Positions 25,856-43,127 of a DNA stretch of 64,000 nucleotides are shown here, one piece after another. The DNA comes from Octopus sinensis (lineage: Eukaryota). Made by a program: the position numbers and the translations under genes. The notes beneath the pieces are model-generated. The model was not told where the DNA came from. It ran no database searches and worked only from the letters and a program-made list of their open reading frames with translations. Within the stretch, counting starts at the first letter, position 1. The number at the start of each line of letters is the position of its first letter. Location: NCBI RefSeq assembly GCF_006345805.1, contig NC_043002.1, forward strand, positions 25,916,001-25,980,000, in the 5' to 3' direction.

Positions 25856-28800
25856 ATGTCAAGTATGCTTAAATTAGGTTGTGTGAATGCGCGTGGCTTG
25901 GCGTCGGCTTGGAAGCAAGGTTACCTTCTAAACGACATCAAGTCACTGGACGTGGATATAGTAGCTATCAGTGAAACCAGACTCAGTAAGCCGCGGGCCC
26001 TCGAGTCCATGTTTGGCAATCAATTTGACATTTATTTTTCTCCCTGCCTGCCGAACATGGGTGGTGGAGGTACTGCGGTGCTTTTTCGAAAGAGTCTAAA
26101 GGTAAAAGTAAGAGCAATATTCCTAGACCCGGAGGGTAGGCTGGTTGTCTTGGACGTGGATGGCAGAAATGGGTGTGCATTCCGTCTGATGGCAGTTTAT
26201 GCACCGTCCTTAACGGGTCGGGCGGATTTTTCTTCAGACGTCTAGAGGTTTTCCTGGGTACGTCTAGACCTTTACTGTTAGTAGGGGATTGGAACGCTAC
26301 CTTGGACACGCATCTAGATTATGTGGGAAGGGATAAGAATAGAAGGGGGTGTAAGAGCCTCAAAGACCTGCTCAGACGTTTCCATTTGTCTGACAGGTTC
26401 CGACTCGACCATCCGAACGTGCCAACGTGGACTTGGACAAACCGCGTCGGATCGTCGAGATCTTATCTAGATAGAATTCTATGCAGGACAGCGGATAGGG
26501 ATAGTGTAGGATGTCCACAATTTAAAATAGTCAGCTACACAGATCACAAATTTGTTACGTGTACGCTCGACTTAGATAAAACACATAGGCAGGGTCCCGG
26601 TTACTGGAAACTGAACACGTCGCTGTTAGCGCGACAGGTTTACAGGAACCGGATTAGCGAGTTAATTAAGAGGGCGCTGACGGGAGCGGTCGTTAACAAC
26701 CGCTGGTGGTACGCCCTGAAAATGGCAATAAAATCGGAATCAATTAGGTTTAGCAAGGAATTAGCGATAGAACGAAATAGAGTAGAGGGAGACTTAGTTA
26801 AGAAACTAGAAGAGGCACTTACCACTGGCAGCGCAACCAACGTGCTAGCTGCGAGGATGGCCCTCGACCAACACCTCAACGCCAAGCACGAAGGTTGCGT
26901 CGTCAGAGCTAAAATGCGTGCCTTAAGGAACGAAGGGATTGAAGCTGCGCGAGAGGCCCGGGTAGCGGAGGCGCAGCGTGGCAACAGATCAACCATTCGG
27001 TCTCTAATAGATCAACAGGGATGCAGTTTACTCGAACCCGAAAGGATGTGTGAGGCCATTCAACAGCATTTTGTTCGACTGTTTGGTGCGAGTGGTGGGT
27101 CGGAACGAGGGATGGATTTCAGTGCCTACCTGACCGACCTGCCGCGGCTCTCGGCAAGAGAGGCGGAGTGTTGTGAAAGTCCCATCACAGCCGCTGACGT
27201 GTGGGATGCGATGGCGGGCTGCGCGAGGGATAAGTCGCCTGGATTGGATGGTTTACCCTACGAGCTGTATTGTCGAATGCCAGACTTGTTTGGCGACCTC
27301 TTGGCATCAGTCTACTGCAACTGGCAACAAAACGGGAGAATCCCCGGTTTCGTGAGCCGAGGTGCAGTGACGTTGCTGAAGAAAGACTCAAACAAGGGGA
27401 ATTTTTATAGATAATTTCAGGCCCATCACTCTGCTCAACGCAGATTTGAAAATTTTGGCCAAAGTAATAGCCGAGAGGTTGGCGCTTGTCATTGGTAAAC
27501 TGGTCGACAGGGCGCAAACATGCGCCGTGCCGGGCAGAACCATACATGACAACCTCCATCTGATGCGCTACATTGTGGACAGGGTAGTTAAGGATCCTGG
27601 CATGGGTGGGGCGCTGATAAATTTGGATCAGTCTAAAGCCTTCGATAGGGTCGACCATCGGTACTTGGCGGCCGTCCTCAGGGCGGCTGGCTTCGGTCCC
27701 GTCTTCCGCGGTTGGATCGCTGCCTTGTATAGCGGAATCCGATCGGTGATTCGGGTGAACGGTCACCTGTCGAAACCGTTTGACATCACGCGTTCGGTCC
27801 GTCAGGGGTGTCCCCTGTCGGCGCTTCTGTATGTATTGACTCTCGAGCCGCTACTGCGGAAGCTGGCGACACTGAGGGGCATCCCACGGGAACTGGGTTG
27901 CGGGACGAGCGTGTCGGCATATGCGGACGATGTCACCGTCATAGTGTCGAGCTACCAGCACATCGAGCTGGTCGGCGAGACACTAAGAAAATGTGAAACG
28001 GTGACGGGAGCAAAGATTAACCCGGAAAAGTCAGTGGGTTTGCTACTCGGCACCTGGAGAAGCAAGCCCATGCCGTCCGACTGCGGCTCAGTAGTGGGAC
28101 GCTGGACGGACGGACCGGTTAAATTGCTCGGGGTCTGGTTCAGTCCGGACCTCCAAATGGATAAGAACTGGGACGAGATCACGAGTAGAGTGGTCGCTCT
28201 CAGCCAAAAATGGGCCGAGAGAAAGCTGTCTCTAAAAGGCCGGGCGGAGGTGGCGAACGCGTACATCGCATCCGTCATCGATTACCGCCTGACCGTCGTA
28301 CCTTGTCCCGACGCCACCATCACCAAACTGGAACGCATACTCTTCCGCTTCCTGTGGAAGGGTGGCGTTCCGATGGTGAGGAAGTCCATTTGCTGTCAAC
28401 ATCCGTTGAATGGAGGACTGGGCATGCCGTGGTTGATGATGCGCAGGCATGCGCTGAGACTGCGACATCTCTGGAAATTCATCGACGACGGTGAACAGGT
28501 GTGGGCGCCGTTTGTGAGGCGCGACTTCCCGCAGCTCGTCTCACTGACCGAACTGCAAACGTGGATCAAAAAGAGACCGAAACTGGGCGATTGGCACCGA
28601 GAGTGTCGCCAAGCTCTACAGCAGCTCTGCCGACCGGGGTCAAACTTGTGCAACTTCCAAACGACTAAAGCGTTCTATAGAGGACTAGTGGAGGGGAGGT
28701 CCGACGACACACTCGGGGCAAACCTGGGCGTCGACGAGGAATTCCTAACCCGCCTGTTCAGGACGACGTTCGGGCCGGGGCCTATGGATAACTTCCAGAA

Positions 28801-29306
28801 ATCCCTGGCTTGGCAGTGCTATCGAGACGCACTACCTGTTCGAGAGAAGAGCTACAGACACGGTTCGAAAACCATCACCGGACCGACCTGCCCGAGATGC
28901 GGTCAGAGCGACGAAACCGTTCTGCACGCACTCGTGCAGTGTCCAGATATTTCAGAGCTGTGTCCTTCGTCGAACAGCTGTTGTCACGTGTAGGTCAGGC
29001 TCGCCTATCGGCCGAGTCTATCGTGAATATTGTTCCACCACCTTCCTTTAAACGGGAAGGGAAAACGGTTTTCGTTACGCTGATGGCTATGGCGAAAGAA
29101 TGTGTGGGTGGACGCGTTTGAAAGGACTGCAAACAAACATCTTCCTCTCTGGTCAGTCTCTCGTCAACTTTTTCAAGTACCACTTGAAAAGGAGGATGAG
29201 AATAGAGAGGAAGGCTTTGTCGAACGAATGTTTTAATAAAAAGTGGGTAAAAGTGGCAAAAATGGTCAGTATGAAAGACGACACTATTTTAAGCATAAAT
29301 CTGTAA
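25856..29306 (+). CDS. LINE ORF2: APE endonuclease, reverse transcriptase and C-terminal Zn finger; about four frameshifts
   Basis: MSSMLKLGCVNARGL, AISETR, LVGDWN, SYLDRI, TDH (APE). [29 protein letters not shown] (RT). CPRC..ETVLHALVQC. Ends ILSINL*. Confidence 0.92.
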
Positions 29307-29609
29307 CCAAAAGAGACAACGAGAAGTAAGGCGACTTACTCATGTGTTCTTTTTCGAACTGTCTGAGGTGACCTTGGTCTTTTTTGTAGGTTTTTCTTTC
29401 CAAGGCTACACCTAAACTGTGAACCTTATATATATATATATAGTGCTTTTTTATACACCACACAACCCACAGATCTCTATTGATCAAACGTTTTTTTTTT
29501 TTTTTTTTTTTTTTTGCCCCACCCATCCCACCTCGAAAAGAAAAAAATTCTACATTGTATTTCGTCCATTTTTATTCTGTGTTTAGCCCTGTGTGGCTAC
29601 AATAAAAAG

Positions 29610-29643
<34 letters not shown>

Positions 29644-29644
29644 G

Positions 29645-29714
<70 letters not shown>

Positions 29715-29715
29715 G

Positions 29716-29746
<31 letters not shown>

Positions 29747-29766
29747 ATATCTTCTATCTATCTATC

Positions 29767-29801
<35 letters not shown>

Positions 29802-29841
29802 GTCTGTCTATCTATCATCTATCTATCTATCTGTCTGTCTA

Positions 29842-29876
<35 letters not shown>

Positions 29877-29913
29877 CTATCTATCTATCTATCATCTATC
29901 TATCTATCTATCG

Positions 29914-29948
<35 letters not shown>

Positions 29949-31392
29949 CAATGGAGAAGAACTGGGGCGAGATAACGACTAGGGTGGCTACTCTCACCCA
30001 GAATGGACTGAGAGAAGCTTCCCTAAAAGGTCGGGCGGAGGTGCGAACGCGTACATCGCATCCGTCATCGAGTATCGTCCTGACCGTCGTGCCTTGTCCC
30101 GACCCTACCATCACCAACTGGAACGCAATACTCTTCCGCTTCTTGTGGAAGGGAACGTTCCGATGGTTAGGCGATCCATTTGCTGCCAACACCCGCTAAT
30201 GGAGGGCTGGGCTTCCGGGTTGATGATGCGCAGACATTCGCTGAGACTGCGACATCTCCGGCGCTTCATAGACTACGGTGAACAGGGGTGGTCGCCTTTG
30301 TGCGGCGCGCTTTCCCGCAGCTCGTCTCCTTGGACGAACTACAGTCATGGATCAAGCAGAGACCGAGGCTAGGCGAATGGCACCGCGCAGTGTCGCGTTG
30401 CTCTCAAGCAACTCTGCCGTCCGGCATCGACCTTGTGCGACTCCATCACAACAAAGGCATTCTATAGAGGATTAGTGGAGGGGAGGTGCGACGACGAACT
30501 CGGGCAGAGTCTGGGCGTCGACGAGGAACACCTGACCCGCCTGTTCAGGACAACTTTCGGGCCGGGCCCTATGGACAATCACCAAAGATCCCTGCCTGGC
30601 AGTGCTATCGAGAAGCATTACCTGTTCGGATAAGCTCTACAGACACGGTTCCAGACACACAGGACCGACTTGCCCGAGATGCGGTCAGAGCGACGAAACC
30701 GTTCTGCACGCACTCGTGCAATGTCCAACCATTTCCGACCTGTGGGCTTATGCCGAACGGCTGCTGTCACGTGTGGGACGAATCGCCTATCGGCCGAGTC
30801 TATCGTGAGAATTGCTCCGCCCCCTTCCCTCAACCGGGAGGCAAGGCAGTTTTCATCGTACTGGTGGCCATGGTGAAAGAATTGTGTGGTGGACTCGAGC
30901 GAAAGGATTAGAGACAAACACTTACCTCTCTGGCCAATCGCTCATCAACTTTTTCAAGTACCACTTGAAAAGGAAGGTGAGAATGGAGAGGGAAGTTTTG
31001 TCTCGCGAAAGATTCAAAAAAAGATGGGTGAATGTTGCAAAGATGGTGCGTGCTAGTAACGAAACCATTTTGAGCATGATCCTGTAGATCGTAAAAAAGA
31101 AAGAAAGAGAGCATTTTTGACCTCATGTGTTTATTTCCTCCCTGACGGGGTTCCCGTGGTCTTTTCTGTAGGCTTTTTCTTCCCACGGATGAACCCAATC
31201 TTGTTATATCAATGTTTACACCAGATTATTTCTGTGATTACACGATTTTCCTTTTTTTTCCTTTTTTTTCCTCCTCTCGATCCCTTTTGATCGCAATCTT
31301 ACATTTTTATTTTTTTCCACCCTCGAAAAGAAAAGCTCTGCATTTGTATTTGTCCCCTCTGTATTCAGCCCTGTGTGGCTAATAAAAGAAAG

Positions 31393-31393
<1 letters not shown>
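29949..31393 (+). mobile_element. Tx1-clade LINE, 5'-truncated copy C (third subfamily)
   Basis: Homologous ORF2 3' half with many indels; distinct 3' UTR ending gccctgtgtggctaataaaagaaagt; (TATC)n on both sides. Confidence 0.92.
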
Positions 31394-31434
<41 letters not shown>

Positions 31435-31439
31435 GTCTG

Positions 31440-32911
<1,472 letters not shown>

Positions 32912-32916
32912 GTCTG

Positions 32917-32979
<63 letters not shown>

Positions 32980-32984
32980 GTCTG

Positions 32985-33031
<47 letters not shown>

Positions 33032-33038
33032 CTATCTA

Positions 33039-36075
<3,037 letters not shown>

Positions 36076-36921
36076 ATCTATCTATCTATCTATCGATCTA
36101 TCTATCTGAATTGTCATGAACACGTAAAACTGAGAATCGAAACGATGGTATTCAAACTCATTCTTAACAACCTGAATATGTTTATCGCTTTTGTTTTTCG
36201 TCTTCGGAGAACAGCTTCCCCTTTCAGAGGTTGAGTAAAGAGAGAATGAAACTGAAACTACGGTGTCTCAATGTAAACCCTACCCTCACAACGCTTATGT
36301 CTTGGAATCGAGTGTACTGTCAACGCATATCGTCTGACGAGAGAAGCGTCTCCGAAGGCGAAACATAACACCAGTTAACATATTCACGTTCAAATCTGCG
36401 CAGAAGATGTTAAGAATAACAATGTACGCCATCGTATATACGTACAAACGCACACACGCACATATTTGTACTCACACTTTGCCATTATATAGACGAATTT
36501 ACTCAGTGCTCTTAGTAGACTGTTCCACGAAAACACATCTTTATGTAGTTTGATGAACACACACACATACATACACACCACACATGTACAAGTTTATCTA
36601 TAAACGTATATTTTCTCATAACGAGAAATTATATTCTTATTATATAATATATAATGTATTATATAATATTATTATTATATTATTATTATATAAAACGACC
36701 AGAGTTGTTTTACTACTCTGGTTTTGAACGTAGAGAAATATCAGAAACTTTAAGCAGAAATTTGAGATAAAATAAGAGACAGACTTCTGTCTATTTTGTA
36801 AAGTCCACAGATTGGTAGTAAAATACTGGAGGTGCCAAGATGTTAAAGCTTCTTTCTGAGTCCCTTCACGCAGTTGATTCATAGGAGTATGGAGAGGGAA
36901 AGCCATATATATACAAATAGT

Positions 36922-36993
<72 letters not shown>

Positions 36994-37183
36994 AGGGGTG
37001 AAATTAACCACAGTACTTCGTTGGTACTTTATCAAGCTCGAAGAGATGAAATGCAAAGTCGACTTCCGTGGAAACTGAACCCAGTTTCTTCTTCTGTGTG
37101 AAAGAGAAAAGAAAAGTAAGAAAACCGAGAAAAATGAAGGATAGCACTTACATGTGGAATTAAGAAATGAGGTCAGTGAAACA

Positions 37184-37285
37184 GATTAGGGTTAGGAATT
37201 GGGATGGGATTAAGGTGAAGGTTAGGCTTAGGATTAAGTTCAGGGTTAACATTAAGATTAGAGTTAGGATTAAACTCAAGGATAG
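37184..37285 (+). repeat. Degenerate TTAGGG-like hexamer repeat
   Basis: ttagggttagga...ttaggcttagga...ttagagttagga. Confidence 0.5.
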
Positions 37286-37613
37286 AATTGTGATAGGGAA
37301 CACTTTGCATTAGGACGCTGTTACATAAAAAAAGTAACTGCGAAGAAGTTCTTACAAGGTGGGTATAATTAGTAGCTAAATCTCCTTAGCATCACGCTCT
37401 GGAATTTTTTAGCAATGAAGGATACATTGAATTATATAGTTCTGAATGCATAACAATACATTTACACATATAAACTATTTTCTATTCATTTCACACATAC
37501 AGTAAAAATATATATAAACCAGCTTTTACGTAGTTTATTTGACTCTGAATGTCTGTATTAGAGATATTACTGCTTGTTGTCTGTGTGTGATTAGAATTAA
37601 TTACTTGATAGAA

Positions 37614-37646
<33 letters not shown>

Positions 37647-37649
<3 letters not shown>

Positions 37650-38041
37650 TTATATATAAAAGTGAGGTTGTGTGTTGTCTGTCTCCTACGATTTAGATTC
37701 CTAACTACTCTCACATTTTGCGGTGCAGTTTAACCAAAACCGGGTATCTTATAGTCGGGATTCATATCGAGCCCTTCTGGGTATTAGCGCTCGTCTACGA
37801 TGACTCTACGATTTTAAAAAGAATTTACCATCAATTTTTCCCATTTTTAATGCAGTTTTGGCATATATAAGGGAAGTAACTCTCTAAAAATTTATTATTA
37901 AATCTCTGAACGTAAAAAGCTACAGTAACACCACCACTTTGTGGTTAGCCATATTGAGATGGCTATTATACTTTACATCTCTAAAAATGCTTATATAGTT
38001 ATTTCCCTTACAAACCCGAGCAACGCCGGGCGATACTGCTA

Positions 38042-38042
<1 letters not shown>
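37647..38042 (+). mobile_element. Non-autonomous Helitron (~396 bp)
   Basis: 5' TC (tctttatatataaaagtg), subterminal hairpin cccgagcaacgccggg (38015-38030), 3' CTAG; inserted between A and T within (TA)n. Confidence 0.85.
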
Positions 38043-38127
<85 letters not shown>

Positions 38128-38149
38128 GTATATATACACACATGCATAC

Positions 38150-38345
38150 ATGGTACAGGGCGTCACCAACAGTAAACAACATGAAATTCGAAAGCAAATG
38201 ATTTCAATACGCAAACAAGAGAAATAAATGGAAAACAGGACATTGAATACATACAAGAAAACCGAACGAAAACAAACATGGAGGGTCGTTAGACCAGAAC
38301 GAGGGTAAAATAGCGAACGTTGGAGAAATATTTGGAGTTAACGTC
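38150..38345 (-). mobile_element. Possible 3' tail of a repeat related to the 47.1-47.5 kb segment; no HHR core retained
   Basis: Minus strand ends ...gccctgtacc after a T-rich tract, like ...gtcctgtac at ~47530. Confidence 0.35.
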
Positions 38346-40305
38346 GAACAATCCCATAGATACTCTATATTTAATTCGTGTATGTTATAGGAGGTTTAGT
38401 GATTATATTTATTATTGTGTAGCCTCTGTTCAACCGTCTTAGGGTAGACGTATGATCATAGAGATTCTAGCCGTAACCAACCTGGTTGAAACAAGATTAT
38501 CTAATATACTCTCCCTCATTTTCAAATACGGTACAGTTTGATTTGAGAGAAATTTAGCTGCCATTTCTTCTAGTAGGCCGAGCAACAACGTAATAACTTT
38601 TCATTCATATGATTGTATTAGAGGTGTGGGCTAAATCTCCTAAGTCTAATCACACACAGACAACAAGCAGTAATATCTCTAATACAGACATTCAGAGTCA
38701 AATAAACTACGTAAAAGCTGGTTTATTTATACTTTTACTGTATGTGTGAAATGAATAGAAAATAGCTAAAAGGGCTAAATCTCTAGAGCGTCGGGAAAAA
38801 TGCTTTATAGTGTTTCTTCCAACTTGCTATGTTTTTGAGTTCAAATACCGCAGGGGTCAGTTTTGACTTTTATTCTTCCTGACTCTGTAAAATAAAGCAC
38901 CACTCTATTTCTTTGTGCCTAAAATAGAAACAATTATAATGAGATTAATTACTATGGTTGTTGTCGTTAACTCCAAATGTGTAGACCTATTATCCAACGA
39001 CCTTCTAGCCGTTACTATTTCGATTTATTTAAGGCGTTGCATTATCAAAAGTAAAAGCTAAATCTATAACTATCTCATTATCTGCTCCAAAAACGTAGAG
39101 AAACAATTGATCATGTTGTCTGCTTACAATCTAGAAAAGAACTAACAAACAGGATGGTTACAGAAAAAACTTTTAAATCATAAAATTGCTTCTTAGTTTA
39201 CCATTTACGATTTACGTCTATGGATTGGCAGAATTGTTAGAAGGATGGACAAAAAGCAATGCGGTATTTCTTCCCGCTCTCTACTTTCTGGGTTCAAATC
39301 CTACTGACGTCAACGTTACCATTTATCTTTCCGCGAACGATAAAATAATGTGACGGCTAAGTACTGAGGTCAATTAATCCCACATTTTCTTTCCCGTCTA
39401 AACTTATTACTAAATAACTATAGAGGTTCCATTGTTATTAGTTTGTCATTTCGTCTTTGATTTAGAAAGATTAGCGAGTATGACTGATAGTTTTTGCTTG
39501 TTTATTCATGCATATACGTGGGTGCGTGTATTGGCAGTAGTATAAAGTGTTATTAGATGCTCATGTGACAGCAGTGAGCTCTAATCTGTGCATCGTTTAA
39601 TCTATCATCAGAACTCCATAGTTGACACAAATATAAGGTGTTACAGATATTGGTGTGACATCAGAATAAAACAACTGTATGTTTGTAGACCATGATTCCG
39701 CACGCAAGATTAACAAGTAGTGAACAAAACGACAAATCATTGACGAGGCGAGGTTGGTGTTCCACCAATTGTTTATGGACAAAAATATGAAAACCTCAAT
39801 AATGTACTGCAGTATATAATCTTCTATATATTAGATATTTACGGTATATAACGCTTTATAGTGTTGTTTAGGTCAGCTCTGATTAAGAAGGTCTATGATC
39901 AATGTCTTCCAACTAGGTTGAGCAAGATTTTTTCGATAAATTGCCATCCGTAAATGTTGTTCTCGTATTTCATTTATATTTGACGATTTCATAGCTGGTA
40001 CGTACACATTATGTCCCTTCTTTCATAGCCGAGACGGATTTTTCAGATCATATATATTTTTTGACTGTACATTCCCTTGCAACAACATATGGCATTTATA
40101 CTGTTTCATGATGGTTTTATCAAAGTTCTTACAGTTTTATAACAGATGAGACGATTGTAAAACACATAAGAAACTGGTAATATAAATCTTGCTCAAAGCG
40201 CTATATTCAACTTTTATTTTCTTCACTGAGCAATTAGCCGCCATCGTATCTTTCATTTAGTTGCATCGAAAAGTGGAAATTCCTAAAAGCGCTCTTTAAT
40301 AATAG

Positions 40306-40516
40306 TTCAGATTTTGGCACAAGGCCAGCAATTCTGAGGAGAGGATAAGTCGATTACATCGACCTCAGTGTTCAACTGGTACGTATTTTATCGACTTCGA
40401 AAGGATAAAAGGCAAAGTGGACCCCGGCGGCATTTGAACTCAGAATGTAAAGTCGGAAGAAATGCCGCTAAGCATTTATCACGACGCGGCAATAACTCTG
40501 CCATCTCGCCGCCTTG
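40306..40516 (-). mobile_element. SINE family A copy with an 18-bp target-site duplication
   Basis: agcgctctttaataatag occurs at 40288-40305 and 40517-40534, flanking the copy. Confidence 0.9.
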
Positions 40517-40625
40517 AGCGCTCTTTAATAATAGAAGATTAAATGAGCAATTTTGAAACTATAATATCTTAAATAAAAAAAAGTATATAAATTTATCTAA
40601 GAGAACACACAGACAGACAGACAGA

Positions 40626-40702
<77 letters not shown>

Positions 40703-42636
40703 TCATATCTAAATGAACTAAAAATGAGAAGTGGCTGACATTTGAATGTCTATTAAAAGCAGTCTATCCGGCCGGCTGTCAATTGTAAATTAATGTAAAA
40801 TAAATTTCCCAGTATGATTAACAATGTACTTTTCTTCGCATCACATGCTTTTTCTGCTTCCAACCATGAACCCGTCGGTAGTTAACTACCACTAAACGGC
40901 CAACACTTCCTCTTACTACCTGTCACATTAACCAGCTCTATCTCTGTATTACCCATACCTCATACCACTCCTCGCTCCAAACAATGCTGGAGGAAACAGA
41001 TAATGGTTGTGCAATTGTTTTTTAAAATCATGCTAAAGCATATTCGCACAATTAAGCAGATATCATCGCAATTAAGTAGATATCTTTGCAATTAAGCGGA
41101 CACCAATTTATGAGGTTGCACTCTTCTAATGAAAACGATAATTTAATTCTAATACATGTCTTGAATATTATGTAATCATTGACAGCCACCTCTCTATACA
41201 AGAATATAATTCAAAATTTTACGCGAGAGTCACAACTGTCACTTAAAGAACCGTGTGCGACCCGATATCCTGGGTCTGTCTCTACAGCAGAAGACCGGTT
41301 GATACAAAATCCTTATCGAGAAGAAGTATGACAAAAGACGTTTCAGACGTGACTGTTCTATCGTTTGCTTTAACGTTGTGTATCTACATTATCTAGTGTA
41401 CATTTCCTTGTTGTTGACAAGTCCTAGATCGTCCAATCGTAGCCAAACTGTTTTGCCTTTGAAGAACAAAGCATATAGTCTATATCATTCAATACAGTTT
41501 TCAAGCCAGTAGGGCTTGATTTGAAGGGAGTTAACTGCTATTTTTAGTAGAACGATCGTCCATTTTGATAGTCTGTCATTATTGCTTGATTATACTTGAT
41601 TATTGCAATGATGATCAACCAAGACAATGAGTTCGAACACCAAGCTCTTTGACAGGAGACGTATCCATACAAAGGCGCCGGAGAACCACGGCTGTCCTCG
41701 CCTATATTGCACCTTTCGTGCCTCTGACACTACCGAAGTGTCGCTATTTCATTGTAGCAAATGTGTGATATTTCAACAGGTACAGTGGAAGGTCCTCTAT
41801 CTGTGGCTCCCAGAAATTTCAATCATCAATAATTAATGAAGAACACTTCAGTCATGGATGCTGTTACATGGTGGTGGCCAGAGAATCATGTCTGTAAGAC
41901 AACTTTCATGCGTTTGAAGGGTGTGCTTTATATTTCCATAAATGTGCAGAATATTCCAGCCGCCATAACGAGATAAATTATAAGTTGGGCATCTGTCGTT
42001 TATGTACCGCGTAGTCTTGTTCGCTAGATACAAGTTCGATTAGTGAAATTTTTTGAGTGAGAAGGAGCTGCGCTCACATCAGAGACACCGTTTTGTTCTC
42101 ATACAATATGCCTCGTTGTAAGATGAAGTGAAGGCAGCTGAACGTGTATGAGACTGCAAGAGAATGCAGAAGTAAGTGAATGTGATCTCCAGATGTTGCA
42201 GTACTCTCTAATTTTTGTGCCCAGGCCATAAAGTATCATATCGGATATTTGTCCTGCATCATATCTTCCAGTACAGCACAATGGTATGCTGTGATCTCCA
42301 CAGTTGTCTCCTTTGCTCTGCTGCTGCCAACTTCGAATCAATGGACAGGAAGATTAATAATTTCTGCCATGCCTCATCTGAATGAAATGCCAACATATTG
42401 CTAAATATACAAACAGATATTTAGTAACCTTAGGTAATAGTTATAGGAAGGACATTGACCCCACTGCCTTCATCCGCCTTTTGACAGGTCTTAATTATCA
42501 ACCGGATGTCCAAGATTACATTCCTCGCCAAGCAAGATTGATGGAGCGGTAGGCTTAGTCGCCGACGACACGATCATGCAACAAGTTATAGCGAACTACA
42601 TGTTGTCTAGAAATCTGATCAATGACACACACACAC

Positions 42637-42727
<91 letters not shown>

Positions 42728-42831
42728 GAGGATCATACACTGACGCTCTTCCACAAACATATACAACTAGGTGCACAGACGAATGAAAGAAATTACTCAA
42801 CATATTATGGAAGTTATATATGAAAAATTTA

Positions 42832-42868
<37 letters not shown>

Positions 42869-42874
42869 TATATT

Positions 42875-43065
42875 ATAGAAGGAGCTTCTACAGGACTAGA
42901 ACTGTTTCATTCAAGAGAAATCTTCAGGAAGCATCCTGAAGATTTCTCTTGAATGAAACAGTTCTAGTCCTGTAGAGCTCCTTCTATATAATAAATTAAT
43001 TTTACTCTGCTATGTATTGAGTACCTTATTTACTGTGGTTAACCCCGAATCAACCCGGGACCTAC
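42875..43065. mobile_element. Fold-back hairpin element with HHR (copy 1), inserted in (TA)n
   Basis: ~55-bp inverted arms around a 4-nt loop (agca), then a tail ending caacccgggacctac; homologous to 56732-56928. Confidence 0.8.
42884..42932 (-). ncRNA. Type I hammerhead ribozyme
   Basis: gcttc-CTGAAGA-t-ttc-tctt-gaa-t-GAAA-cag-ttctagtc-ctg-TA-gaagc. Stem I 5 bp, stem II 3 bp with a U.U closing pair, stem III 4 bp, GUA site. Confidence 0.7.
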
Positions 43066-43076
43066 ATATATAATAT

Positions 43077-43127
<51 letters not shown>

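Larger units (their letters stand above)
23737..29610 (+). mobile_element. Full-length Tx1-clade (L1 group) non-LTR retrotransposon, copy B (~5.9 kb)
   Basis: ~200 nt 5' UTR, ORF1, 57 nt spacer, ORF2 and 3' UTR ending gccctgtgtggctacaataaaaagt; (TATC)n on both sides. Confidence 0.95.
37475..38765. repeat. 121-bp inverted repeat pair (37475-37595 and 38645-38765)
   Basis: By manual comparison the arms are reverse complements with 2 mismatches. Confidence 0.85.

Noticed and set aside
36325-36370. HHR-like CTGACGA-gaga-agcg-tctc-cGAAG
   Set aside because: GAAA is out of register with stem II, and stems I and III cannot be formed convincingly.
37184-37285. True telomere or telomere-fusion site
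   Set aside because: Short and highly degenerate, with few perfect TTAGGG units.
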